64,000 nucleotides of DNA from Oscillospiraceae bacterium (GCA_963678505.2 CAXXFP010000002.1:21322-85321); one strand, 5' to 3'; counted from the stretch's first letter, positions 16,072 through 24,559 are shown. The notes: a model not told the origin generated them from the sequence alone. Translations and numbers: made by a program.

Positions 16072-16100
16072 ATAATAGCATGTACCTGCCGCCGTGTCAA
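16072..16100 (-). promoter_or_regulatory. Minus-strand promoter (TTGACA-17-TATTAT)
   Basis: Minus-strand TTGACA at 16095-16100 and TATTAT at 16072-16077 with 17-nt spacing. Confidence 0.55.
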
Positions 16101-16158
16101 CCTCCAGCGAATCGACCGTTATTTGATGCAAAAAGGGTGATAATGCGCAACTTCTTCA

Positions 16159-16187
16159 TTGACAACTGCACACAATATTGCTATACT
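16159..16187 (+). promoter_or_regulatory. Promoter for rplU-prp-rpmA (TTGACA-17-TATACT)
   Basis: Hexamers at 16159-16164 and 16182-16187. Confidence 0.55.
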
Positions 16188-16194
16188 TGTAAAG

Positions 16195-16329
16195 CCGCAT
16201 GAAACGGGCTAATACCGTTCGCTTGTCGCGCGCGCTGAAAAACGCGCTTAGTTAAGCGCCAACCGGTATTTTAAGTGGAACCTATCCCGCCTGCAACAGC
16301 GAGACTCTGCTAATAAAAGAGGTGCAAAA
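16195..16329 (+). promoter_or_regulatory. Structured 5' UTR of rplU, possibly an L21-leader type ribosomal autoregulatory element
   Basis: About 135-nt leader with complementary segments (GGGCTAATACCG / CCGGTATT, GCGCGCTG...GCGC). Firmicutes carry an L21 leader at this position. I did not check it against a covariance model. Confidence 0.35.
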
Positions 16330-16641
16330 ATGTTCGCAGTTATTGAAACCGGTGGCAAACAGTACAGAGTGCAGGAAGGCGACATCATCTACATTGAAAA
16401 ACTGGAAATCGGCGCGGGTGACACCGTCACCTTTGACCGCATTCTGGCTTTGTCCAATGCCGGAGACGTCACGCTCGGCTCTCCCGTCGTCGCAGGCGCC
16501 AAGGTCGAAGGCAAGATCATCAAAAACGGAAAAGGCCACAAGATCATGGTGTTCAAGTACAACGCCAAAAAGAATTACAGACGCCGTCAGGGCCACAGGC
16601 AGCCTTACACCAAGGTGCAAATCGAAAAGATCCTTGCTTAG
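16330..16641 (+). CDS. rplU: 50S ribosomal protein L21
   Basis: [18 protein letters not shown]...[21 protein letters not shown]. Confidence 0.95.
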   Translation: MFAVIETGGKQYRVQEGDIIYIEKLEIGAGDTVTFDRILALSNAGDVTLGSPVVAGAKVEGKIIKNGKGHKIMVFKYNAKKNYRRRQGHRQPYTKVQIEKILA

Positions 16642-16658
16642 TCGTATGGACTGTTTAT

Positions 16659-16988
16659 ATGATTTCAATTGTAATTTTCAGGTCTGAGAGCGGCATACGG
16701 GGTTTTCAGGTGAGTGGGCACAGCGGATATGCCCGCGAAGGGCGCGACATCGTCTGCGCCGCGGTTTCCAGTGCCGTTGGGCTCACCGAATGCGCCGTAT
16801 CCGACGTTCTGAAGATAAGCGCCGACATCCGCATAGAGGAAAAGGACGCGTTTTTCAGTTTGAAGGTTCCCGCTTCGGAGGCTTCGCGCGATTGCCGCGT
16901 TGTGTTTGAGGCATTTGCTGTTCATATGACCGCAATCAAACAGGAATATCCGCACTATATTGACATTTCGGAGGTGTTAATCCCATGA
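16659..16988 (+). CDS. prp: Ribosomal-processing cysteine protease Prp (YsxB family)
   Basis: 109 aa between rplU and rpmA with the GHSGYA...DIVCAAVS motif. Confidence 0.85.
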   Translation: MISIVIFRSESGIRGFQVSGHSGYAREGRDIVCAAVSSAVGLTECAVSDVLKISADIRIEEKDAFFSLKVPASEASRDCRVVFEAFAVHMTAIKQEYPHYIDISEVLIP

Positions 16989-17269
16989 TGAAGTTAAGCA
17001 TTCAGTTTTTCGCCCATAAAAAGGGCGTGGGCTCGACCCGCAACGGCCGTGATTCCGAATCCAAGAGGCTTGGACCCAAGCGTGCCGACGGACAGTTTGT
17101 CAAAGCGGGCAACATCCTGGTGCGCCAGCGCGGCACCAAGATCCACCCCGGCGACAACGTAGGAAAAGGCAGCGACGACACACTCTTCGCACTCACCGAC
17201 GGACATGTCCGTTTTGAGCGTCTGGGCAGAGACCGCAAAAAGGTCTCGGTTTACGACATCGTTCAATAA
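16985..17269 (+). CDS. rpmA: 50S ribosomal protein L27 with N-terminal propeptide
   Basis: [30 protein letters not shown]... The start overlaps the prp stop codon (ATGATGA). Confidence 0.95.
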   Translation: MMKLSIQFFAHKKGVGSTRNGRDSESKRLGPKRADGQFVKAGNILVRQRGTKIHPGDNVGKGSDDTLFALTDGHVRFERLGRDRKKVSVYDIVQ

Positions 17270-17284
17270 GCGCACTGAACTTCA

Positions 17285-17353
17285 AAAAGGCAAGATGCGA
17301 GGCGTTTATAGGGGGTATTTTCCCACTCCGCCTTTTTCGCTTCTTGCCTTTTG
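17285..17353 (+). terminator. Compound hairpin plus T-run after rpmA
   Basis: GGCAAGA..GCGA.GGCG / CGCC..TCGC.TCTTGCC, followed by TTTT. Confidence 0.5.
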
Positions 17354-17456
17354 TGCATTTTATATTTAATGTACACTGAGCAACTGAAAAATGCCGATGC
17401 CTCGCGGCTACCAAAGCATTTTTCGTTTGTTGGGATGCAGGGTTAACCCCGCAAAT

Positions 17457-17610
17457 CCATTAAAGACCTTGCACCCTGACGGTAACGCTGATCGGCGTTA
17501 CTGTTCATTGAGACATCAAGAATGCTGCCGCAGGCATAAACTCTGGGGTTTATGCCTGCGGTGCGGCTCAATACCGCTGATAAATCGCAATACGATTTAT
17601 CAGCGGACAT
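17457..17610. repeat. Structured intergenic repeat, copy A (about 154 nt, three strong hairpins)
   Basis: Roughly 70 percent identical by eye to 34005-34149. Hairpins at 17482-17501 (7 bp), 17528-17561 (13 bp) and 17574-17606 (14 bp). Confidence 0.7.
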
Positions 17611-17634
17611 GATTTAAGAAGGATGGTTTTTTTC

Positions 17635-18900
17635 TTGTTTATCGATACCGCCAAAGTATCCGTTCGCGCCGGCCGCGGCGGCGATGGCTGCGTTGCTTTC
17701 CATCGTGAAAAGTATATTACCTCAGGCGGCCCCGACGGCGGAGACGGCGGACGGGGCGGCAGCATCGTTCTTGTCGTTGATGATAACATGTCCACGCTCA
17801 TGGATTTCCGTTACAAGCGGAAATACGTGGCGGAAAACGGCGAAGACGGCATGGGCAAGCGATGCTCCGGAAAAGACGGCGCGGATCTTGTTATCAAGGT
17901 GCCGCGCGGCACGCTCATTAAGGACGCAAACAGCGGTGCCCTGCTGCACGACATGTCGGACAACGAACCCTTTGTTCTGGCTAGTGGCGGGCGCGGCGGC
18001 TGGGGAAACCAGCATTTTGCCACGCCTACGCGCCAGGCTCCTCGCTTTGCCAAGGCAGGACTTCCCGGAGATGAGCTTGATGTTGGTCTGGAGCTGAAGC
18101 TGCTGGCGGACGTCGGCCTGATCGGCTTTCCAAACGTGGGCAAATCCACGCTGCTGTCGGTCGTTTCCTCGGCCCGCCCGAAAATTGCGAACTATCATTT
18201 TACGACGCTTGTCCCCAATCTGGGCGTGGTGCGTATCGACGAGGGCGTTTCCTTTGTAGTGGCGGATATTCCCGGCATCATCGAGGGTGCGGCGCAGGGC
18301 GCGGGGCTTGGACATGCCTTTTTACGGCATGTCGACCGCTGCCGCCTGCTTATTCATGTGCTTGATGCCTCGGGCAGCGAGGGGCGCGACCCGGTGGCGG
18401 ATTTTGAAGCGCTCAATCTGGAGCTTGGAAACTACAGCCCCCAGCTTGCCTCTCGTCCGCAGATCATTGCGGCCAATAAATGCGATATCGCCGCCGACGA
18501 GGACCTGCTGGCACGCATTCACGCGCTTGCAAAGGAAAAGGATATCAAAATTTTTGAAATATCCGCCGCCACGCGCGCGGGAGTCGATACGCTGATAAAC
18601 GCCGTCGCGGCGCTTCTGGCTACCCTGCCTCCCGTCACCATCTATGAGCCCGATATCATCGCACCCATAGAGCCCGAGACGGACGACATCATCGTGCGCA
18701 ATATCGAGGACGTGTGGATTGTTGAGGGCGCGTGGCTTGCGCGTCTTGTAAACAATGTGAACTTTTTCGAGTATGAGTCACGCATGTATTTTGATCATGT
18801 ACTGCGCCGGCACGGGGTGTTCGATAAGCTTGTCGAACTGGGCATCAAAGACGGCGACACCGTGTCCATCTACGACGTGGAATTTGAATACACGCCATAA
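17635..18900 (+). CDS. obg: GTPase Obg/CgtA
   Basis: FIDTAKVSVRAGRGGDGCVAFHREKY..., G-domain GFPNVGKST, DIPGIIEGA and NKCD, plus a C-terminal OCT domain. I prefer the TTG at 17635, which gives MFIDTAK. The track ATG at 17623 abuts the RBS. Confidence 0.93.
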   Translation: MFIDTAKVSVRAGRGGDGCVAFHREKYITSGGPDGGDGGRGGSIVLVVDDNMSTLMDFRYKRKYVAENGEDGMGKRCSGKDGADLVIKVPRGTLIKDANSGALLHDMSDNEPFVLASGGRGGWGNQHFATPTRQAPRFAKAGLPGDELDVGLELKLLADVGLIGFPNVGKSTLLSVVSSARPKIANYHFTTLVPNLGVVRIDEGVSFVVADIPGIIEGAAQGAGLGHAFLRHVDRCRLLIHVLDASGSEGRDPVADFEALNLELGNYSPQLASRPQIIAANKCDIAADEDLLARIHALAKEKDIKIFEISAATRAGVDTLINAVAALLATLPPVTIYEPDIIAPIEPETDDIIVRNIEDVWIVEGAWLARLVNNVNFFEYESRMYFDHVLRRHGVFDKLVELGIKDGDTVSIYDVEFEYTP

Positions 18901-18916
18901 TACGCAAAAATCCAGT

Positions 18917-18945
18917 GGCCGCCGGGAGCATCCGGCGGCCGTTTT
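18917..18945 (+). terminator. Intrinsic terminator after obg (copy 1 of a duplicated module)
   Basis: GGCCGCCGG-GAGCAT-CCGGCGGCC followed by GTTTT. Confidence 0.7.
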
Positions 18946-19108
18946 ATGTGTATCAATTCTTTTTATGACAATATGCGCCCTGATAAAGCTCCGTATTCCA
19001 TCGCATAGCGGACACTTTTCAGGGCGATGCGCGGCCTTTGTTTATTGCGTTTTAGAGGACGCTTGATACGTCTGACATTATGTTTTTATTATGTCTGCTC
19101 ATTGCGAC

Positions 19109-19137
19109 GGCCGCCGGAAACCTCCGGCGGCCGCTTT
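19109..19137 (+). terminator. Second, near-identical terminator hairpin (copy 2)
   Basis: GGCCGCCGG-AAACCT-CCGGCGGCC followed by GCTTT, 192 nt downstream of copy 1. Confidence 0.5.
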
Positions 19138-19198
19138 ATGTGTGCCAATTCATTCTATGGCAATATGCGCAGGACGGTTTGCGTGAAGCAAATCTTCC

Positions 19199-19735
19199 CT
19201 ACGCTTTATTTTGTTTTTGCTCGCGCTCGCCTAACGACACGATACACCCGCAGTACTTCTGCCTGTAAAGCCCGAGTTCCTTTGCCCGCTGCTGCCCGAG
19301 GCGGAAACCCTCCCTGAAGTCTCTGTAATAAAACCGGACCCCATGCCGCAGCGCTGCCTGACGCGCGACGGTCTCAATCAGCTCATGCTTCTGGTAGGGG
19401 CTGACAAGAAGCGAGGTGGTAAACGCGTCAAATCCGTGCTCCTTTGCAAAGGCTGCGGCTCTGTCCATGCGCAGCGCGTAGCACATTTCACATCGGCTCT
19501 CCTCGGGGCCTGTAAAGCGCTCCCACGCTTCCTGCATGAACCCGTCCAGATATGTCACGCGCAGTCCGCTTAAGCCCGCGTACTGTATAACGGTCTCCCG
19601 GCGGTGCTCGTACTCATCACGGGGATGTATATTGGGGTTATAAAACAGACCCTCCGGCTCAACTCCCTCTCCTCTGAGCAGCTCGACCGGGTAAACGCTG
19701 CACGGCGCGCAGCACATATGCATGAGCAGCTTCAA
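19199..19735 (-). CDS. queH: Epoxyqueuosine reductase QueH (DUF208)
   Basis: MHMCCAPCSVYP..., CEMCY... and KYCGCIVS cysteine motifs typical of QueH. Confidence 0.85.
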   Translation of the reverse strand: MKLLMHMCCAPCSVYPVELLRGEGVEPEGLFYNPNIHPRDEYEHRRETVIQYAGLSGLRVTYLDGFMQEAWERFTGPEESRCEMCYALRMDRAAAFAKEHGFDAFTTSLLVSPYQKHELIETVARQAALRHGVRFYYRDFREGFRLGQQRAKELGLYRQKYCGCIVSLGEREQKQNKA

Positions 19736-19750
19736 TCCAAATCCCTCCGA

Positions 19751-20188
19751 TTACCGCGATGCGGACGCGCCCGCGCCGTCCGGCTGCACATTTTCCGCTT
19801 CGGGCGCCGCCTTCCGGCATTTCGGACACAATCCGTCAAAAATCAGGCTGTGCCGGCCGATTTTAAAGCCCGTCCGATCCTCGATCATCTCGTCGATTTC
19901 CGAGCAGTAGTCCGCGTCCAGATCCGCAAACCGCCCACAGCCCGTGCAGCGGGCATGGTAATGCGAATGCTGGTTTTTATCAAAGCGATCCGCCGCGTCC
20001 GGCACGCAAATTTTCCCGATCTCCCCGTTTGCGGCAAGCAGATTGAGGTTGCGGTATACCGTGCCCAGACTGATGTGCGGGTACTCCCTTAAAACGGCTT
20101 GATACACATCCTCCGCCGTCGGGTGGGTCTTAAGGCTTTTCACCGCCTCCAACAGCAGCTGCCGCTGGATGGTGTTTCTCTGTTTCAT
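19751..20188 (-). CDS. Fur-family metalloregulator (Fur/PerR/Zur type not resolved)
   Basis: NTIQRQLLLEAV...HPTAEDVY...ISLGTVYRNLN winged helix, with CTGC...CPKC structural zinc cysteines. Confidence 0.85.
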   Translation of the reverse strand: MKQRNTIQRQLLLEAVKSLKTHPTAEDVYQAVLREYPHISLGTVYRNLNLLAANGEIGKICVPDAADRFDKNQHSHYHARCTGCGRFADLDADYCSEIDEMIEDRTGFKIGRHSLIFDGLCPKCRKAAPEAENVQPDGAGASASR

Positions 20189-20281
20189 TTTTATCACGAC
20201 CATATCAAGCAGTCAGGCGCGCCTGCACGCGTATGTTTTGTTTCCGTTATGAGTTATCGGCAGAATAGTTATTATCCATAT

Positions 20282-20310
20282 ATAATACTGCATTTTGAAC
20301 ATTTCGTCAA
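20282..20310 (-). promoter_or_regulatory. Promoter of the fur-family gene (TTGACG-17-TATTAT)
   Basis: Minus-strand TTGACG at 20305-20310 and TATTAT at 20282-20287. It is followed directly by GGATAATAACTATTC (20263-20277), which matches 10 of 14 positions of the 7-1-7 Fur box TGATAATnATTATCA. Confidence 0.45.
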
Positions 20311-20375
20311 TAAATAAGTGCTATTTAACGAATAAACCGGCCAGATTTTACCACTGCCACACATGTCCGTGCCGT

Positions 20376-21704
20376 TTACCGCGCGTCTGTGCGGGCGCTT
20401 TCAATGAGCGCGCCGAGCAGGCGTACATACGGCTTAAGCGCGCTGGGCAGCGCATACCGGTCTTTAAGCTCCCGCTCATCGGCCCAGACGAAGCCTGCCG
20501 CCATGAAGCCTCGGGTCGTGGCCGCAAACCCGTGCATGTGCCACTCGGCGTGCGTGAATATATGCCTGTACGGCTGGAGACTGACAAGTCCCCGTATGTC
20601 GGCGCCCAGCTTTTCCATTTCATCCACGGCCTGCTTTCGGCTCAGCTGCCCGTCTATGCAGGGCAGCTCCCACAGGCCGGCAAGAAGACCCGTTTTTGCC
20701 CTCTGCCTGATCAATACGCCCCGTGGACTTATAAGGATAAGCGCCGTGTGCTCTGTTGCGGTGCGGGGCTTTTTCCTGGGGCTTATGGGCAGCGACTGCA
20801 CGCAGCCATGCTGTCTTGATAAGCAGACCTGCTGTGCGGGACACTCGGCGCAGCGTGCCCTCGCGCCAGGCAGGCACACCGTCGCGCCAAGCTCCATTAA
20901 AGCCTGATTAAAGTCGCCCGAACGGGCCGGAATAAGCATCGTGCCCGCAAGCGCCTCAAACGCTTTCTTCGTACGGCTGCCTGAAATATCCGTAAAGCTC
21001 ATAGTAATCCTTGCCAGAACGCGCAGCACATTTCCGTCAACAGCCGGTACAGGCTGATTAAAAGCGATGGATGCCACAGCGCCGGCGGTATACCGGCCAA
21101 AACCCGGCAGCCTGAGCAGCTGTTCAAACGAGCTTGGAAACACGCCGTCATGCGAAAGTATACCGGCCGCCTTTTTCATGTTCAGAACCCGGCTGTAGTA
21201 GCCGAGACCTTCCCACAGCTTATGAAGGGTTTCATCGGTTGCCCGCGCAAGCGAGGCCACATCGGGCAACGCTGTAAGAAAGCGCTCATAATAGGGGATC
21301 ACCGCCTCCACGCGGGTCTGCTGCAGCATGATCTCCGAGACCCAGATGCGATACGCGTCGCGCTCACCGCGCCAGGGCAATGTGCGCGCATTTTTATCGT
21401 ACCACGCCAGAATATCCTGCGACAGCTCCGGCAAGAAATCCAGGATCGCCGCCGGTACGACCGCTCCCGCCTGAACAGACGCAGGCGCACAGCCGGATGC
21501 GCCCGCAGACCGGTCTGAACCGGCGCTGCCTCGGGACATGCGCGGTTCAGCTGCCGCGGCAGACTGCCCGGATAATTGGTCCCGCCGCGTTTTCCCCGGC
21601 GGCGTGATTTTCTCATTTTCTGCCGCGTCCGTCACTGTTCGCCTCTTCTCATGAAATCGTGATTTATTCCCGTTTAGAACCCCCCGCACAGCAAAAAAGG
21701 ACAC
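20376..21704 (-). CDS. mutY: A/G-specific adenine glycosylase MutY (start uncertain)
   Basis: LPWRGERDAYRIWVSEIMLQQTRVEAVIPYYERF, a 4Fe-4S cluster loop (CLPGARARCAECPAQQVC) and a C-terminal NUDIX-like domain. The first ~95 codons are low-complexity and may not be translated. Confidence 0.88.
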   Translation of the reverse strand: MSFFAVRGVLNGNKSRFHEKRRTVTDAAENEKITPPGKTRRDQLSGQSAAAAEPRMSRGSAGSDRSAGASGCAPASVQAGAVVPAAILDFLPELSQDILAWYDKNARTLPWRGERDAYRIWVSEIMLQQTRVEAVIPYYERFLTALPDVASLARATDETLHKLWEGLGYYSRVLNMKKAAGILSHDGVFPSSFEQLLRLPGFGRYTAGAVASIAFNQPVPAVDGNVLRVLARITMSFTDISGSRTKKAFEALAGTMLIPARSGDFNQALMELGATVCLPGARARCAECPAQQVCLSRQHGCVQSLPISPRKKPRTATEHTALILISPRGVLIRQRAKTGLLAGLWELPCIDGQLSRKQAVDEMEKLGADIRGLVSLQPYRHIFTHAEWHMHGFAATTRGFMAAGFVWADERELKDRYALPSALKPYVRLLGALIESARTDAR

Positions 21705-21758
21705 CCAAAGCCGTCAAGCCCCAACGCGTCCTTTCTTGATAAATCCTGTGCTTTCAGG

Positions 21759-22199
21759 TTATTCCTTGCCGCCCTCATTCTGCTCGTGAATATGCAGAAT
21801 ATTGCACTTTTCATCGCCGCAGTCATCTTCACAGCCGCAGTCGCAGCTAAAATCCAGCTCGATTTCCTCGCCGCAGGCGGGGCATTTCAGCTTTCCGTCT
21901 TCAAGCATCTGCTCGTCAAGCGTGATTTCCTCGTCGCACGACGGGCATTTGATGCCGTAAAGCTCCTCGTCATCGTCCTCGCTGTAAAGGACATCCTCAA
22001 CAGCCGAGATGCTCTCGGTCAGGTCGTCAACATCGGTGCCGAGCGCCGTGGTCGTTTCTTCAAGAGCGGAAACGGCCATAGACATTTCATCAAGAGCTTC
22101 AATGATCGCTTTGAGGAGTTTTCCCTCCTGTGAGCTTTCATCGAGCTTAATGCCGTCGGCAAGACCCTTCAGGTAGGAAACTTTTTCGGTAAAACCCAT
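21759..22199 (-). CDS. Acidic zinc-ribbon protein (hypothetical)
   Basis: 146 aa with a coiled N-terminal half, CPSCDEE...CPACGEE zinc ribbon and a Cys/Asp/Glu-rich tail. Confidence 0.55.
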   Translation of the reverse strand: MGFTEKVSYLKGLADGIKLDESSQEGKLLKAIIEALDEMSMAVSALEETTTALGTDVDDLTESISAVEDVLYSEDDDEELYGIKCPSCDEEITLDEQMLEDGKLKCPACGEEIELDFSCDCGCEDDCGDEKCNILHIHEQNEGGKE

Positions 22200-22360
22200 A
22201 CTTCACACCACTTCTCCGCGCAGTTAATTTTTTTGATTGACCGCTGGTCAGAATGCACGGAACCTGACACGCGGATAGCGCCGCCCTAGTAGGACAAGCG
22301 CCCAGTAGTCGCCCGGCTGACCCGGCTTATGATATAGCTTATACGGACAAAGGAAAATTA

Positions 22361-22924
22361 TCAGCTTTTTGCGCGTTCAAGATACTCCCCTGTGCGCGTG
22401 TCCACGCGAACCATTTCTCCGATGTTGATAAACAGCGGCACCCGGATGACGGCGCCCGTCTCGAGTGTAGCCGGCTTGAGCGTATTGGTGGCCGTGTCGC
22501 CCTTAAAGCCCGGATCTGTCTGCGTGATCTCAAGATCCACGAAAAACGGCGGCTCGATGCCAAATACATTACCCTTGTAGGACAGGACTTTAATCGTCAT
22601 GTTTTCCTTGACGAACCGAAAGCTGTCTCCCAGATTGGCGGAGTTGATCGGAATCTGCTCGTAGGTTTCAACGTCCATAAAATAGTAAAGATCCCCGTCG
22701 GAATACAGATACTGCATATCCTTGCGCTCAACATAGGCGTTTTCAAACTTATCGGACGGGTTGAAGGTGCGCTCAACCACCGCGCCGCTGATTACATTTT
22801 TAATTTTCGTGCGGACAAAGGCGGCGCCTTTACCGGGCTTGACATGCTGGAACTCCACGATCTGCATGACCTGCCCGTCCATATCAAAAGTTACTCCGTT
22901 GCGGAAATCTCCTGCGGATATCAC
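22361..22924 (-). CDS. efp: Elongation factor P
   Basis: [43 protein letters not shown]... I prefer the GTG at 22922-22924, 9 nt after AAAGGA. Confidence 0.95.
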   Translation of the reverse strand: MISAGDFRNGVTFDMDGQVMQIVEFQHVKPGKGAAFVRTKIKNVISGAVVERTFNPSDKFENAYVERKDMQYLYSDGDLYYFMDVETYEQIPINSANLGDSFRFVKENMTIKVLSYKGNVFGIEPPFFVDLEITQTDPGFKGDTATNTLKPATLETGAVIRVPLFINIGEMVRVDTRTGEYLERAKS

Positions 22925-23022
22925 GAACATCCATCCTTTCTTCTGTTACAAAGCTACAATATTTTATACTAATAACGCCATCATTGCAAGAAAAATAATC
23001 ACAAGGTATGCACTGCCGCGCA

Positions 23023-24099
23023 TTAGACGATCATTAGCCCCTTCGGCGCGTGCGTAAGGTTCTCGCTTCCGCCCTCTTTGAGTATCAGGCAATCCTCAAT
23101 GCGCACGCCAAACCTGCCAGGCAGATAAATACCCGGCTCCGCCGATACGACCGCGTCGAGCGGCAAAATTCCTTTTTCAAGGTGGGATGCGTTGGGCCTT
23201 TCATGAATTTCCAGGCCGATCCCGTGGCCGAAGCCGTGACCGAAGAAGTCCCCGTAGCCCTCGCTTTCAATCAGGCTGCGCCCCGCCTTGTCAATCTCGC
23301 TGCCAACGATGCCCGCGCGGGCGACGGCGATACCGGCAAGCTGCGCGCGAAGCACGATGTCATATATTTTTTTCATTTCGTCGGTGGCGCTGCCCACCGC
23401 TATGGTACGTGTCATATCCGAGCAATAGCCCTGATACAGGCAGCCGAAATCCATCGTCACGAAGTCGCCGTTTTCGATTTTCCGGTCTCCGGGCACGCCG
23501 TGCGGCATGGATGAGTTTGGTCCGGACACCACGATGGGGTCAAAGGAAACGTTGCCCGCACCGTTTTTGAGCAGCCTGTATACAAGCTCGGCGGCAAGCT
23601 CACGCTCGCTTAAGCCCGGCCTTATAAGCGGCAGCGTCTGCTCCAACGCAAGGTCGGCGATACTCTGCGCGCGGCGCATGCGCTCCAGCTCAAAGGGCTG
23701 CTTTACGGCGCGCAGCTTAAAAAGAAGCCCCTGTGCCGGCACCAGGCCCGCCGGTATGTTCTCGCTGTGCTGCGTATGCTCGTATACGCTCATAGCCTCT
23801 TCTTCGAAACCGAGCTGCTTTATGTTGTGCCCCGCGATCACTTCGTTTATGAGCAGCTTATACGGACGCTCGCCCGTGGTCATTTCCACGTTAAAGCCCA
23901 CTGCCTGCGCCTTTGCGGCCTCAATATAGCGGAAATCCGTAAAGAAGTAGCCCTTTTGCTGTGTTATGATGGCCACGCCGGCAGTCGAATGAAAGCCTGT
24001 GGCAAAAAGACGGTTGACCTCCGAGGTCAGCATCACCGCCTCCAATCCGTTTTCTTTAAGCATTTCCCTGATTCTGTCCAGATTTAACATATCTATCAT
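23023..24099 (-). CDS. Xaa-Pro aminopeptidase/dipeptidase (M24B)
   Basis: Creatinase-like N-domain plus M24 metal ligands (DFGCLYQGYCSDMTRT, HGFGHGIGLEIHE, EPGIY). It has the aroQ-pepP-efp synteny of B. subtilis yqhS-yqhT-efp. Confidence 0.9.
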   Translation of the reverse strand: MIDMLNLDRIREMLKENGLEAVMLTSEVNRLFATGFHSTAGVAIITQQKGYFFTDFRYIEAAKAQAVGFNVEMTTGERPYKLLINEVIAGHNIKQLGFEEEAMSVYEHTQHSENIPAGLVPAQGLLFKLRAVKQPFELERMRRAQSIADLALEQTLPLIRPGLSERELAAELVYRLLKNGAGNVSFDPIVVSGPNSSMPHGVPGDRKIENGDFVTMDFGCLYQGYCSDMTRTIAVGSATDEMKKIYDIVLRAQLAGIAVARAGIVGSEIDKAGRSLIESEGYGDFFGHGFGHGIGLEIHERPNASHLEKGILPLDAVVSAEPGIYLPGRFGVRIEDCLILKEGGSENLTHAPKGLMIV

Positions 24100-24124
24100 C
24101 CTTTACACAAAATAAACGGACGCG

Positions 24125-24559
24125 TCAAAGCATCCGAACCAGCGCGTCAAGCGCCAGCAGATAACTGTATTTGCCGAACCCCGCGATCACGCCCACGCAC
24201 ACCGGCGAAATGACCGACTGACTGCGAAACTGCTCCCGGGCATGGATGTTGGACAGGTGCACCTCCACGCATGGCAGCCGGATGGCCGCGATGGCATCGC
24301 GTATGGCCAGACTGTAATGCGTGTATGCGCCCGCGTTTATGATAACCCCGCTGCTCACCGCTGCGGCGCCGTGCAGCCGGTCGATGAGCGCGCCCTCGCT
24401 GTTTGACTGAAAAATTTCCACATCAACGCCCAGCTCATGCGCATGCTCGGAAATCTGCTGGTTTATCAGGTTGAGACTCTCCTTGCCGTAAATGCCCGGC
24501 TCGCGCTCGCCCAGCAGGTTAAGGTTCGGCCCGTGCAGCACCAGTATGCTTTTTCTCAT
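24125..24559 (-). CDS. aroQ: Type II 3-dehydroquinate dehydratase
   Basis: [21 protein letters not shown]...[16 protein letters not shown]...[15 protein letters not shown]. Confidence 0.95.
   Translation of the reverse strand: MRKSILVLHGPNLNLLGEREPGIYGKESLNLINQQISEHAHELGVDVEIFQSNSEGALIDRLHGAAAVSSGVIINAGAYTHYSLAIRDAIAAIRLPCVEVHLSNIHAREQFRSQSVISPVCVGVIAGFGKYSYLLALDALVRML

Noticed and set aside
16058-16076. Plus-strand TTGACA and TATAAT hexamers upstream of rplU.
   Set aside because: The two hexamers are only 7 nt apart, so they cannot form one promoter. The TATAAT overlaps the minus-strand -10 element. The functional rplU promoter is better placed at 16159-16187.
16282-16668. A 128-aa minus-strand ORF opposite rplU.
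   Set aside because: It is the mirror frame of a highly conserved ribosomal protein gene.
19080-19268. A small plus-strand ORF with a hydrophobic N-terminus (MFLLCLLIATAAG...) spanning terminator copy 2. I considered it as a type I toxin or lipoprotein.
   Set aside because: It has no RBS. It runs through a terminator hairpin and antisense into the queH 3' end. The similar segment in copy 1 is not in an equivalent ORF.
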